Positions 40,962-63,289 of a DNA stretch of 64,000 nt are shown here, piece by piece. Made by a program: the position numbers and the translations under genes. This stretch comes from the human T2T-CHM13v2.0 reference genome, Homo sapiens, in NCBI RefSeq assembly GCF_009914755.1, contig NC_060938.1, one strand, 5' to 3'. Each line of letters begins with the position of its first letter. The first letter of the stretch is position 1. A model generated the notes under the pieces. It was not told where the DNA came from and searched no databases. It saw only the letters and a program-made list of their open reading frames with translations.

Positions 40962-41494
40962 TAGTAGAAACAGGTTTCACCATGTTGGCCAGGCTGGTCT
41001 TGAACTCCTGACCTCAGATCATCTACCTGCCTCGGCCTCCCAAAGTGCTGGGATTACAGGCATGAGCCACTGTGCCCAGCCACAGGTGATATATTTTCAA
41101 AAATGTTAGGATAAAGGGAAAACAGAAATGTTAATAATTATTAAAATCAACAGTTATTGAGAGTTTACTTGGTGCCAGGCACTCTGTATCTCATTTAATC
41201 AATTCTGTGAGATAAGTACTATTATACTCCCTCTTTTACTGAGGAGAAAACTGAGACTTAGAGGGGGATTGGTAAGTTACCTAGAGGTTGTTGAGCTAAT
41301 TAACTCAATGGTGGTCACTAGTGGAATCATAGCTTGAACCCAGGTGTGCTCACTACAGAACCTGTGCTCTTGACTATTCATTAGTCTCTGTCTAAATTGA
41401 AACCCACTCTGCCTTGCTGTTACCCTCTTTTGCTCTCGTTCTGTCCATGAAAGACAAGCTGTCTTCACTTTGATGATCAATGGAATGTTCATAA

Positions 41495-41855
<361 letters not shown>

Positions 41856-42016
41856 TGAGCCACCGCGCCTGGACTTTTTTTTTTTCTTTTTCTTTTTGAG
41901 ACAGGATCACTTGCTTTGTCACCCAGGCTGGAGTGCAGTGGTGCAATCATGGCTCACTGCAGCCTCTACCTCCCGAGTAGCTCAGACTACAAGTGTGTGC
42001 CAATATGCCCAGCTAA

Positions 42017-42169
<153 letters not shown>

Positions 42170-42751
42170 TAGGAGAATCTTTGAGTAGAAGGTTTGAGTA
42201 ATGAACTTGTGTGCTGTTAGGTAATGAGAATAGGGAGAATATACCATTTTCACCTAAAAATTACAATTTTCACTCTAAAACATCTGAAATTTCAAATGTT
42301 AGACTTTACAGATGACTTGTCGATTGAGGAAAATCACTAATTTGGCTTTGAATCAAGCAGATCTTTTATTTTAGGCTGTTTCTGTTCAATGAGATCTGAA
42401 AGAGGCCTCCCCTACAGTGAAATGTAACTTCCCCTAGAGTGAGGCCGGGAAGCTGTTTCCGACAGTCATTCGTTAACACATGGGAGAGCATCTTAGAATA
42501 GGAGTGGAAGGAAATCCTACAGCTAGCTGAGAATATGTCCTAAGAGACACTGGAGAGGAAAGTATGAGAGAGCTGAGATTCAGAGTTGAGAAAGGGTACA
42601 GAAAGGTGGAAGGTAATGCAAAGGAAACAACAGAAAAGGAAGACGGCAGGCAGCAGATAACAGCCCTCAAGGAAGAGAGAAGGGGTTTGTATTGTAGCAG
42701 GAGTGAAAGTAGATTCGATTTTAAAGAAAAAAGATCTGAATTTGATTGTTA

Positions 42752-43258
<507 letters not shown>

Positions 43259-43508
43259 CAAGAAAAGAAACAATCATCACAAAACTTTCAAATACACACA
43301 CTCATCTTAAAACCTAATGATTTTGTGAAATTGTACCCCTTATGTTTTCTATTTGTTTGTTTGTTGTGAGATAGAGTCTCTTGCCCACCCTGGAGTGCAG
43401 TGGCATGGTCTTGGCTCTGCAACCTCTCCCTCCCAGGTTCAAGCAATTCTCCTGCCTCAGCCTCCTGAGTAGCTGGGATTACAGGCACCCGTCACCACGC
43501 CCAACTAA

Positions 43509-43820
<312 letters not shown>

Positions 43821-44182
43821 TGAAAATCAAGTACTGTGAAGATACAGGGTACATCCACAAGTGTCCCAAGACCGAGAACAAGCTCATTTGCAATGCGTGG
43901 GACAGGATTCTGCAGCACTGCACCTAAGTGCTGTGCTCCTTTGCCATGTGGGTGTGTGTGAATTTTTCGTGGTGTTTCTACTGGAAGAGTCAGGACATTA
44001 TTTGCAATCTGATTTATCTGTTTTCTTGTGATTAGGTTCAGGTTAAGCTTTTTTTTTTTTTTCTTTTTTGATACAGGGTCTTGCTCTGTCACCCAGGCTG
44101 GAGTGCAGTGATGTAATCACAGTTCACTGCAGCCTTGACATCCAAAGCTCATGCCATCCTCCTGCCTCAGCCTCCTGAGTAG

Positions 44183-44374
<192 letters not shown>

Positions 44375-44556
44375 TAGCGAGAATATTACTTAGGTAATTT
44401 TATATACTTCTTATTGTATCACATCAAGAGGCATATAATGTCAGTTTGTTCTATTATTGGTGACTGCAAGTTTATTCATGTCTGCTAGACGTCTCTGTTG
44501 TAGAAGTATATTTGCCATTTGTAATTAATTAGTAAACTAATAATAAATAGAGTGAT

Positions 44557-44951
44557 TGTTATGGGCTGAAATGTGTTCCCCTAAAACTTATATACTGAAG
44601 CCCTAACCTCCAGTACCTCAGGATTCGACTGTATTTGGAGACTGAGTCTTTAAAGAAGTGATTAAGTTAAATGAGGCACTTAGGGTAGAGCCAGTCTGAC
44701 TGGTGTCCTTATAAGAAGAGGGAATTTGGACACAAAGAGATACCTGTGGTGCACAGAGGAAAGACCATGTGAGGATACAGTGAGAAGGCAGCTCTCTGCA
44801 AGCCAAGGGGACTGAGGCTTCAGAAGAAATCAACACTGCTGATACTTTGATCTTGGACCTACAGCCTCCAGAACTGGGAGAAAGTAATTTCTGTTGTTTA
44901 AGCCACTCAGACTATGGTGTTTTGTTATAGCAGCCTTAGCAAACTAATACA
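44557..44951 (+). mobile_element. MLT1B (MaLR) solo LTR
   Basis: tgttatgggctgaa...ctaataca termini with 5-bp TSD GTGAT at 44552-44556 and 44952-44956. Confidence 0.85.
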
Positions 44952-45296
44952 GTGATTATCTTAGATAATGTGAATATCCTGTTCTTCCACAACCTTGCAC
45001 CTTCCTATTTTTGCATTGGGGTTTGCCAAATGGTGATTTTTCAAATTCTGTTATTTCTTCTACATATAATAGCTGGCATCTATCTACTCATTTTTCTCCT
45101 CTTTGCCTTCTTCATTATCTTCTTTACATTTATGTTATTTCTTTTTTTTTGAGATGGAGTGTCGCTCTGTCGCCCAGGCTAGAGTGCAGTGGTGTCAAAA
45201 AGAAAAAAAAAAAGTCCCAAAAAAACAAAAAAGACCATCCTGGCTAACACGGTGAAACCCCGTCTCTACTAAAAAATACAAAAAAAACAAAAATTA

Positions 45297-45434
<138 letters not shown>

Positions 45435-45972
45435 TCAAAAAAAAAAAAAAGAAATTCACAAAACAAGTAATTTTAATTTGTCTTAATTTTAAAAATTAAT
45501 ATACGTTTCATAGTTTTTTTGTTTTTGTTTTTGTTTTTTTGTTTTTTTGAGACAGAGTTTCACTCTTTCACCCAGGCTGGAACGAAGTGGTACAATCTTG
45601 GTTCACTGCAACCTCTGCCCCCTAGGTTTAAGTGATTCTCCTGCCTCAGCCTCTGAGTAGCTGGGATTACAGGCGCATGCCACCACACCTGGCTGATTTT
45701 TGTATTTTTAATAGAGACAGAGTTTCATCACCATATTGGCCAGGCTGGTTTTAACTCCTGAATTTAGGTGATCCACCTGCCTTGGCCTCCCAAAGCACTA
45801 GGATTATAGCCATGAGCCACCGTGCCTGGCCCATAGTATGTTTAAGAGCAGCAAAGGGCATCTTAAAATTAAACAATATGGGAGTCACAGTGCTAAGAAG
45901 GGTAGGAACCACTGGCAAAATGACACCATAGTGAAATCATTCATTAATTTTTTTTTTTTTTTTTTTTTTTGA

Positions 45973-46381
<409 letters not shown>

Positions 46382-49300
46382 TAGCCAGGCTGGTCTCGAT
46401 CTCCTGACCTCAGGTGATCCGCCTGCCTCGGCCTCCCAAAGTGCTGGGATTACAGGCGTGAGCCACCGCGCCTGGCAATCATTCATTAATTCTGTATTTT
46501 TTTTTTTTTTGTAGTGGAGTCTTGCTCTGTTGCCCAGGCTGGAGTATAGTGGCTAGTGGAATCTCTGCTCAGTGCAGCCTGCGCTGCAGTTCAAGTGATT
46601 CTCTTGCCTCAGCCTCCCAAGTAGCTGGGATTACGGGTGCACACCACCACACCCAGCTAATTTTTGTATTTTAGTAGAGACAGAGTTTCACCACGTTGGC
46701 CAGGCTGGCCTCGAACTCCTGACCTCAAGTGATCCACCCACCTCGGCCTCCCAAAGTGTTAGGATTACAGGCGTCAGCTAATGCACCTAGCCTCATTAAT
46801 TCATTTATTAAAAGTACATTTATTATATATCTTTCCTGAGTAGCCAACAGCATGCTAGACACTGTGGGGGAACAAGTAAAAACTACACTATAGTGCTTAA
46901 CTGAAAAAGCAGGCAGACATGCCAGGAAACAACCAGAGACACTACATAGATGCTGTTTGATGTGGCACATGCCTAAGGCTGTTTTTTGATTTGTTTTGTT
47001 TTGTTTGAGACAGGGTCTAACTCTGTCACCCAGGCTGGAGTGCAGTGGTGCGATCACAGCTCCCTGCAGCCTCATGTCCCAGGTTCAAGTGATCCTTTTG
47101 CTTCAGCCTCCTGAGGAGCTGGTACTAGAGGTATGTACCACCACACCTGGCTAAATTTTAATATCTTTTGTAGAGATGGGGGTCTCATTATTTTGCCCAG
47201 ATGGTCTTGAACTCCTGAGCTCAAGTGATCCTCCCACCTTGGCCTCCCAAAGTGTTGGGATTATAGGTGTGAACCATGGCACCTGGCCCTAAGGCTGTTT
47301 AAATGAGATGTAGAACAGTGCTGACCCCTAGCCAAGGACCGCACTTGGATTGATCCACCTTTATGCATTTTTCCTCTTTAGGAGGTGCTTGGAAATGCAG
47401 GACTATGCTGAATATGTTGTGTTGGTTTAAAATGCTCCATTGCTTTCTTTTCTAAAGACTAAGCTATGAGCGCAAACTCAAGACTCAAGGGAGACATGGT
47501 GATTATGAGCCCTCCCACATAACCATGGTGCTCAGAGGATTCCCTCTAATCAGACAATACCACACATCACCGCTGGAGATAAGCTGCTGTGAAAAAAAGC
47601 CTGTGTATTGTGTGAAACTCTGTATGCATGGGGAGGCTTAGAGTGCATAGGTGTCTCTGGGATAGTGATGGTGTTGAGGCTAGAATGAGAAAAGAGCTGC
47701 GGTCGTGCAAAAACATCCCCTCTACCTTGGTGCCTTGTAGGCTACACCTACTTCTATTTGGACCTACTTATTTCTCGTCTTACCTGACATGTGCTATTCC
47801 TCAGTCTTCCTGGGAGGTAGTGGCTTCCCTCTCCTGACTTAGGCACCCTAGGCCCTGATCTGCAGGCATGTTTGCAGAAAAGAGGATGAGTTATGTGTGT
47901 ATGATGTGTGTTGCCAGGGAGTATGGAGGTGTGGGGAGAGAAGGCTTCTTAGTGAACCTAAAAACAAATTTTCGAAGGTACTGGATCTGTGATCCTGCCT
48001 CACTCACCCTGTTACTTTTACGACACAGGTTTCTAATTTTCTGTCTTCGGCCTGGCTGGATTGAGATGGGGGTTGTGAGAGCCCAAACCTTCTTTCCAAC
48101 CTCGCATAAGTGGTGTAGACATGGAGAGATTCTTGCAGAATTTAAGTGACTGTGACAGTACAGGGGCAACACACAGAGAGGCACGTGTTCATTACGTATG
48201 GCTGGAGAAATTATCTGTCTCCAGGGGGACATGTTTCACTGTGCATTAGCTTCGAGCCGCTTCCTTCCTCCCTGTTTTTCTGCCCACTCTCTCTATCACT
48301 GTCCTTCTTAGTCTCCTTTCCCACTCCCTGTCTGCCCCCATTCACAGTCCAGCTCTGCCTGTCAATATCTCCATCCATCTTTCTCTGCCACGTTCACATC
48401 TCCCTCTGCACTTTGCTCAATCTCGCGCTTGCTGTCTGGGAGTCGCTTTTGTTTGTCTCTGGTTTGTCTCTTGTTCTCTCTAGTTCACTTTCTGCCATTC
48501 CATCTGTTTTCCTCTATAATACCAGCTTTTTGGGTACCCTGCAGTTAATGATAACCTTTTCTTGTTACAGTAAAGCCTATAAGCAGCCCTTGGTTTATTG
48601 ATTGATTGGTTTTTATTTAAACTCTGCAAAGGAAAGAGAATTTTTATAAAGTGAGAGAGCAGAGAGAAAACATGGAACGAGGCAAAGGGAGGAACAGCCT
48701 AAGATGGGGCCGGGGATAAGTAATGGGAAGCATCAGAACGTGTCGAACCCATGGTGTCTTATTTCTTTTCAAATAAACTGGGTCATATCTTTATGGCTGA
48801 TGACAGCTTAATCTGGACCATAAAGAGTTAAATACCAGCTTAAGCTTGGCACCTAACTCAGAGGCAAAAGCTTCTGGGAGAAATGAGTTGGGTCAAATAA
48901 GCCCAAGAAGCTGACGTGGGTAGAATTTCTTCTGCTTGACCCACTAACAACTGCAAAGGGGACATTTTAGAAATGTTTTTTATTGAAATGCTTCAGTGGG
49001 GGCAGAGCTCCTGGAAACCAGAACTTGGCTCTGAAGCCACGCCTGGGGAGCACGGGAGGCTGACTTGGGGGGAAAAAGAGGGGTGGCCCAGGTCAGGTAG
49101 AAGGTGGCAGCAGCTGCTGATCAGGGCAGTTCTGATTGCTGTTTGAGCTCCCTCTTGCCCACTATAATTAAAGCATTCCCAGTATGATTCTGGCTTCCTG
49201 AAGGGAAACTAGAATTTATAAAAACAAACAAGAAACAAACGCAAAACAGCAGAGGTGCTTGGTTGCAATATATGTATATTTTAAATTATAGAGCACTGCT

Positions 49301-51044
49301 CTATACTCCATACAGTTTCAAAGTCCGTATCTGTTATAGCCCTGGGAGCAGGTCAGGGGAAGATCTAACAAAAGAAACAAAAATAAAAGAAAATTAAAAA
49401 CCTAAATGTATCCACCGAAAATTAGATATGGTCATGTAGATTCTCTCCTAACCCAATCATCCTATCCTTGTTACTCCTGACACAAGGGAAATGCTCCCCT
49501 CAAAATTTCCATCCACCTTTTTTTTTCTACTTTATTCTCTTTTCATCCCACCTCTTTCTTCCTTCCCCTAACAGACCACATAGAATCCGTGGGCCAGAAT
49601 AAATCAGTTATTTTATTTCCCCTCGGAGGATGTGACCTTCCACTCCCCAAATGGCTCTGACAGTTTTCTCATTTGCTAGCTGAGGAGGATATCAAGAGAC
49701 ACTGACCTTCTGGTTTTGCCTAAAGAGGAACACTCAGTAACTATTATCCTTCAGTCTTTGATTTGCGTTAACTGTGCCCTTCCTCCCTCCTCCCCCACAT
49801 CCTCACCTACCTTTTCACCTTCCTTCATGAACATTCTACTCACCCCACAGTGCACTGCTACTCCCCACAGCCCTCCCTTGCCTGGTGTGCAGATGCTGGA
49901 AGGCTAGCAAGAGAAAGCAAGGGGCCTCCAGGAGTATTTGCTCCCTATTTAATCAGATTAGTCCCATCACCTACCCCGAGGAGCCAGATTTTGGTGTTAC
50001 TGAGTTATCTGTTGAGGGAAGAGAAGTTGTCAGACATCACTTAAAGAGCCCAGTCCCTTGGACGCCTGGGAACTGCTGAGAGAAATTAATCTTCCAGCTA
50101 TTTAAGGCGATTTCTTTTCCATCATCCTTTGTCAAGAGGACTGTACTGGGAAATGAATCTGATGGGAGTCCCTGAACTGGTACACTCCACTCAAAAACAT
50201 CTCTCCAATCCTATGCGGCATCCATCATTCCCACACAAGCGGAGACACACATCGCTGCAAAGCCAATTTCCCCCCAGTAACCATCAGCAAGAAATCACAA
50301 ATGCACAGGGTGGATACCACTAGCCTACAGACTTGCAGTTTTTCCCTACCTCTGCTCTACTTTCTTCCCAGAAAAACCTACCACAAATCGAGCTCTTCCA
50401 TTAAATGAGTCTTTTACCCAAGACCCAGGAAGGTAGATCAACAGGGATATGCCAGAACAGAACATGCATTTTCTCTTCTAACATAAGGACTCTGCCAGTG
50501 CAGAATAGGTGTTTCCGTTAAACAGCTAAACCACTGCCAAAGCAAAGTGTGAGACAGAAACAGGGCAAAGGGTTGCATTGTTTCACGATCATCTCTTCTC
50601 TCCAGAATGAATTTTCTGTTCATGGACCAAAGCTGGGGTCTTATGCTCTCTGGGGTCATGTAAGGAAATTCCAATCTTCAATTCTCTTTCTATCCTTAAG
50701 GCTATTTCCCAGGGAAGAGGTGTTCAAATTGTGTTCCTTGAGGTTCCAAGAAGTGCCAGGGACTGTGTATGTGTATGGGGCTAACAAAGGGTGCTGCGGG
50801 GAGTGGCTGGATGGGGAAGCTCAATAGTGGAGGCTCTGGACCTCTCAGCTCAATTTCAACCTCTGATTTTTTTTTCAGGCATTGGGATTTCTCCTAAGAG
50901 TGCTTTTTTTTTTTTCTTTTTTTTTTTTAAGATCTGCAAACCAATGTCCTAAGTGGGAGGAAGATGACCTACCTGTGCTTCTCACGCAGCTAACCATTTC
51001 CCAACAGTCTACGAGAAGGAAGATGTAGCTTGGGTCCTGCCTAT

Positions 51045-51331
51045 TTCTTTCTTTCTTTTTTTTTTTAGATGGAGTTTTGCTTTTGTTGCCCAGGCTGGAG
51101 TGCAATGGCACCATCTCGGCTCACTGCAACCTCTGCCTCAGCCTCCCAAGTAGCTGGGATTACAGGTGCCTGCCACCACACCCAGCTAATTTTTCGTATT
51201 TTTAGTAGAGACAGGTTTCACCATGTTGGCCAGACTGGTCTCAAACTCCTGGCATCAAGTGATCTGCCTGCCTCCGTCTCCCAAAGTGCTGGTGCTGGGA
51301 TTACAAGCCTGAGCCACTGTGCCCCGCCCAG
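51045..51331 (-). mobile_element. Alu element with an internal deletion
   Basis: Alu consensus; TSD tcctgcctatttc. Confidence 0.9.
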
Positions 51332-52490
51332 CTCCTGCCTATTTCAACCATGTAGTCTGAGTCCACACCAGCAGCTCCCTGACTGCAGGGGCTCCTGAGA
51401 TACTTTCCTGCAAAAAATTTCCTTAGGCACGAGTCATTTGTTTTCCAAACCCCCTTCTCCGATTTCACTAATTCCCAATTTCCCTGCATTTGACAAATGC
51501 AATTAACAAGCCTCGATCAGTTCCTGGCCGACAGCCCTCATCAATCAATACGAAGACTGCACAAGGCTGAGGGGGAAGGGAAGGTAGCTGCAGTACAGGA
51601 GAGGAGGGTTTACCCCCTCTTCTTCTGTGAATGACTTCTCCAAACCTCTCAGTCTCAAAACATGACACTGGGTTGTCACCTTCACCAACCACTTTCTGCC
51701 TTCTGACTAAATACAAGGTGGTATTGTTTGTGTCCTCCGCTCCCATTTTTTAAAGGTTTCTCCCATCAACCTCCTCTATCCCCTGTCTTCTCTTTAACAG
51801 AAGGCCTTGCCATCTGCTGCCACCATAGCTTGGGAACTCCCCCCAGCCCCAACAGTGCTGGGTGTGATAAATCAGCCATCTCTCTGCTCTCAGCAGGGCC
51901 TCTTCCCCACCCACACATTCCAGTGACAATTTAGTGCTGCTTCCTGACCAGGAGGCTATAAAATCACCATCACTACCCTCTCCCCTCCACACATATGCAC
52001 TGGAGGACCAAAAGGACAAGGGTCACCAAGCTTGTGGTTACTACTGCTTTCACAGCCACTTCTTTGTCCTCCCCTTCCCAGGGTCCAAGCCTTCCCTTCC
52101 CAGTTGGTTTAAGAGTCAAGATTTACCCTCTTCACCCTTCCGCTCTGCATGTAGCCTCAGCCTCCCTTCCCCCACCACAGGGTGACAGCCTTTTCCGCTG
52201 GAGCCCTGCCTGGTACAGCCCTGTGCATCTTTCCACCTCATCAACTTTTCATCTCTTTGTAAACCAAATCGAGAAGTGTCTCCCTCCTCCCTGCCTCTCT
52301 CTCCTTCTCCGTTATTAGCTTCATGAGTGGGGACATTAATGTATTCACTAGACAATGTCTTCACACCACTGTTTCCTGTAATTACAGTCACTTCCCTTCC
52401 ACTGTCCTGGCTTATTTGACTGAAAAGTGCTTGGAGGAGGGACAGTGTGGACAAAAGATGCAACACAGGCTGAGATTGAGTAGTGAGTAG

Positions 52491-52496
52491 TGTAAT
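52491..52496 (-). terminator. PSMB5: Probable non-canonical PSMB5 polyadenylation signal (ATTACA)
   Basis: I found no AATAAA or ATTAAA on the minus strand in the ~550 nt after the stop codon. ATTACA is followed about 25 nt later by a GU/U-rich tract (tgtgttgcatcttttgt). Confidence 0.5.
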
Positions 52497-52708
52497 GTTA
52501 ACATCCAAGAAAGTAAAACAAATAGTCACCTCTGCAGCAGCTCATTAATGACTGGTAACACATAGAGGTCAATGTGCCAGAGCTTAAAAAAAAGTACTGA
52601 TACAATTGAAGGCCCTTCCACTATAAATAGGATGGAGGATGGGTCACTGTGTCCGTATTACCAATGACAGTCACCCCAAGAAACACAAGCAGCTGCATCC
52701 ACCCTCTT

Positions 52709-53050
<342 letters not shown>

Positions 53051-53078
53051 CTAATTCATATGCCAAGGCAGTAGTTCT

Positions 53079-54900
<1,822 letters not shown>

Positions 54901-55009
54901 AAACTCCATAATGCCAGAACTCAAAGAGTTTAGACTATCTGGAGAACAAGACATACTTTACACAGGAGGATAATAAAGCCTAGAGTTTGTAATCACATTG
55001 TAAAGACCT

Positions 55010-55400
55010 GCACTGTCCATATGGTAGCCACTAGCCACACAGGACTAGTTGAGCATTTGAAATGAACTAGTACTACCTGCTAACATAATATTTTGGATTT
55101 ATTAGGTTAAACAAAATATATTGAAATTAATTTTTTTTAATTTTAAAAGCGTAGCTAGTATAAAATGTAAAATTACATATATGGCTCACATTATATTTCT
55201 ATTGCTGGTATAGACCAGGGTTTGGCCAGGCCAACTGCCTTTATTTTTGTAATTAAAATGTTATTGGAACAGAGCCACTGTTTCCATACTGTCTATGGTT
55301 GTTTTGTGCAACACCGGCAGAGTTAAGTATTTGAGACAAAGATTTAGGCCTGCAGACCTAAAATATTTACTATTTGGCCCTTTATGAAAAAACTAGCTGA
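55010..55400. mobile_element. MER3/MER33-like and MER58A-like hAT fossils
   Basis: gcactgtccatatggtagccactagccaca...; ...aaatatttactatttggcccttta.... Confidence 0.6.
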
Positions 55401-56275
55401 CTTTTGGTACAGATGAAAATTTAGACAAAGTGTTCAATCCCAACTGCCTACTGGATCCCTCCAGCTGGATGTCTTTGTCATCATGTACAGATTCAAACTT
55501 CCTAAACTTAGATACCAGTGGTTCTCCATTACCTACCACACTCATCTCTCTTGTGCGCCACAAACCCACGCTTCCTCCTGTCTTCTGAAATTCTGCCAAT
55601 AGCATCACTACTCTTTTTCCTGTTTCAGTGATTCTCACATCTCACTGTGCACTAGAGTCATCTAACAAAGATTTTTTTCAAAAATGCACAGGACTTACCC
55701 TAGGTATTTTTTATAACTGGTGTGGGGTGGGAAACAGGTATGGAACTTGTTTTTTAAGTCCCCCAGGTGATTTTAATGCAAGCCAGCTTGAGCACCTCTG
55801 CCCTTATTGGTTTTCAGGTTCAGGTGATTCTGATGTCTACCTTACTCCTTTCTCTGGCCCCTCCTCAGCCCCAGTGCCATGCTCTCTTGCCTAGAGGGGG
55901 GTCATCATCTGGTTCCAAAGTACCCTTCTGGCTTTATGGCTCACTATTCCCCTTCACCCACTTAGTTCCAATTAAACTGGACTTTCAGTTACTCCTCAAA
56001 AGCTCATGCTTCTTTCCTCCCTTTCTTTGTTATGTTCCCTTTCCCTTTTTTACATCCAGGACAACCACCACCAATCCATGAAGTCTTCCCCAATTCCTCC
56101 CATCATAAGTAATCTCTTCCTCCTCAAAACTCCTTCCGCATTTGACTGGTTCTTTTTATTTATTGATTGACTGACTGATTTTTGAGACAAAGTTTCTTTC
56201 TTGTTTCCCAAGCTGGAGTGCAATGGCACAATCTCAGCTTACTGCAACCTCTGCCTCCCAGGTTCAAGTGATTGA

Positions 56276-56606
<331 letters not shown>

Positions 56607-56921
56607 TAGCCAGGATGGTCTCGATCTCCTGGCCTCGTGATCCGCCCGCCTCGGCCTCCCAATAATTTTGTATTTTTAGTAGAGACAAGGTTCCACCATG
56701 TTGGTCAGGCTGGTCTCGAACTCCTGATCTCCGGTGATCCACCCATCTCGGCCTCCCAAAGTGCTGAGATTACAGGCATGAGCCACCATGCCCAGCCAAC
56801 TGGTTCTTTTAAAAACGGTATTTATCAGGCCAGGAGCTGTGGCTCACGCCTGCAATCCCAGCACTTTGGGAGGCCGAGGCGGGTGGATCATGAGGTCAGG
56901 AGATTGAGACCATCCTGGCTA

Positions 56922-57700
<779 letters not shown>

Positions 57701-58431
57701 TAATATGAGGCAAGGGGCTGACTCACAATGAATGGGACAGGGTCATCAGGAAGGCCTCTTGAAGAAGGCACTGTTTAAATGATGCTCAGTCTCCCTGGAT
57801 TTTCCTTGTTACCCGGTCCCTGTACTCTTTTACACTGTTTCCATCACCTAGAACAAATCCGCCAGCTAAAGGTTCAAAGCAACATTTCCAAAATGCTTCC
57901 CTGGATCACGTAAAATGTATGGAACTGTCTTTTCCCACCTTTCAGAGAAAAGCATCTCAATTTCCAAAGTAACAAAGTGAGCTCCTCTCTCACATCCGGT
58001 TTTTAATTTCCTTTCATCCTCCATTGGGTAGTAAGTGGATACTCCCTACAGCCCTTTCTATTCTCGTTTGAAAGCAAGTGAAAAAGTGGTAGGTACCCTA
58101 TAATTGTTCTATAAGATAACTAGGTATTTAGTAAGCAGGTAAATGAATGAAGCAAAATCAAAAGGAGGAAAGAATAATTATTTTTAAGCATATGGAAGGG
58201 AAAATTAGAAGGTGACTAGCTATACTCCAACTTTACTAAACGGGCAATTCAAAACTGGCTGATGAGGAAATGACATTAAATACAAAGTTGAACTGTCTGG
58301 CAAGTTTCTTAAATGCTGGAAAGGAAAAACAGGCTAAGGAACTTATTTTCAGAGATGATAGAACCGGACCTAGCATGATTGTAAGGGTGATTATAACCAG
58401 CAAAGAAATAAAAGAAATGAGCCCAGGACTA

Positions 58432-58746
<315 letters not shown>

Positions 58747-59179
58747 CTAGGCCAAAGACTCTCTAAAGAAAAAAAGAGAAGAGGCCGGGTGCAGCGGCTC
58801 ACGCCTTTAATCCTGGCACTTTGGGAGGCTGAGGCGGGTGAATCACCTGAGGTCAGGATTTCGAGACCAGCCTGGCCAACATGGTGAAACCCCATCTCTA
58901 CTAAAAATACAAAATTAGCTGGGCATGCTGGTGGGCGCTTGTAATCCCAGGTACTTGGGAGACTGCGGCAGGAGAATCACTTGAACCCAGGAGGCAGAGG
59001 TTGTAGTGAGCTGAAACAATGCCATTACACGCCAGACTGGACGATCGGAGTGAAACTTTGCATCTCAAAAAAAGAAAAAAAGAAAAAAACAGAAGAGAAA
59101 TGACTAACTTTTGAGGGACAACCATATATTAGAGTCCAATACAGTAGCCACAAGCCACACATGGTCAATGAACACTTGA

Positions 59180-59401
<222 letters not shown>

Positions 59402-59532
59402 TAGAGACGGGGTTTCACCTTGTTAGCCAGGATGGTCTCGATCTCCTGACCTCGTGATCCACTGTCTCAGCCTCCCAAAGTGCTGGGATTACAGGAGTGA
59501 GCCACCACGCCCGGCCTTCAACGAATTCTTAA

Positions 59533-59745
<213 letters not shown>

Positions 59746-59943
59746 TGAATTCCTGAACCTGGGGGCGGAGGCTGCAGTGAGCTGAGATCATGCCACTGCA
59801 CTCCAGCCTGAGCGACAGAATGAGACACAGTCTAAAAAAACAGGAAAAAAAAAAAGAGAGAAGGAAGGGCTAAGGACCTAATTACACTTCTTCAGCATTG
59901 ACACCAAGCCCTTTAATTCATCTGTCCATCCAACCCCTCCTCA

Positions 59944-60297
<354 letters not shown>

Positions 60298-60999
60298 TTA
60301 AGATCAGAGGAAAACACAAAACAGGCCACATAAGACCACAAAAACACTCCTACATACTTCTTTTTGCATCAATCCAAACCCAGCACATCTCTTTCTCCGT
60401 CCTTTTATACTTCACAGTATACTTCTATACTTCACCATATATTAATGTCACCCGAGCTTCACATCAATCCCTTGACATGGATATAACCCATATTAAATTC
60501 ATTTTATAGGATGGGCGTGGTGGCTCACTCCTGTAACCCAGGCATTTTGGGAGACCAAGGCGGGAGGACCGCTTGAGGCCAGGTGCTGGAGACCAGCCTG
60601 GGCAACACAGGGAGATCCATCTCTACAAAAAGTAAAAAAACTTAGCCTGTCGTGGTGGTGTGTGCCTATAGTGTCAGCTACTCTGGAGGCTGAGGCGCTG
60701 GAGCCACTGCACTCCAGCCTGAGCGACAGCGAAAAGCCCTGTTTCAAAAAAAAAAAAAAAACAAATCATTTTATAGATGAGGAAACAGGTTCAATGAAAT
60801 CAAATGATTTCTCAATCTAGAGCTAGTTATTGCAGAGCTGGGCAAGGAACCCCAAATGTCTGATTCTTAGTACAATGCTTACCCTCACCACGCTTCCCCT
60901 TCATGCCAGTTTCAGTTACCCCTGCCTTGAGGGGCCGCCCAGTTTCCAAAACTTTGGTAAACGTTTACAATAGCCTTCCCTCGGCCAAGATTCATTGTT

Positions 61000-62000
<1,001 letters not shown>

Positions 62001-62566
62001 TTGGGTAAAATAATGATCCATTCTGAGGCCATTTCCCTATATTAGTTAAACCACAGCAATTAGTGGTAAAACAACGCAACAAAATAAAAGTGCTATACCT
62101 CTTGTTGTCAGTCGCCATACAGCAACCCTTCTTTAACAGTAACCGGTTATTAATATCCAATATTCGTTCTCTTGACTCCTACCTTCTGGTGGAAATTCGA
62201 ATAAGTAATGAATTGCCTAAAAGGCAGATGGAAGAAGAAAAAGCAAAGGGTCCAGTTAATCCACAAACTAGATTCTCAGTTCAGACCTGAATAAGTGTCA
62301 GTAGTAATTTACCATCTCAGAGACGGGAGGACGGTTGAGACTGCATAAATATGTACCAAGAGATTCTCTAACTTCAACTTGCTAAGATGATGCCTTTTAT
62401 TCAGGAACATACTATATTTCATTGCCTCTTCCTCCCTCCACCCACCTTCATTTTTCAAATCTTTTGGGAACTATAACAAACCGGGAAGTGTGCATATGTA
62501 TGAAATGTTGCCTCCTGCTTTATGGTTCTATGAAGTCAGTCTCTGGCCTTCCTTGTTGGATTCTAG

Positions 62567-63289
<723 letters not shown>

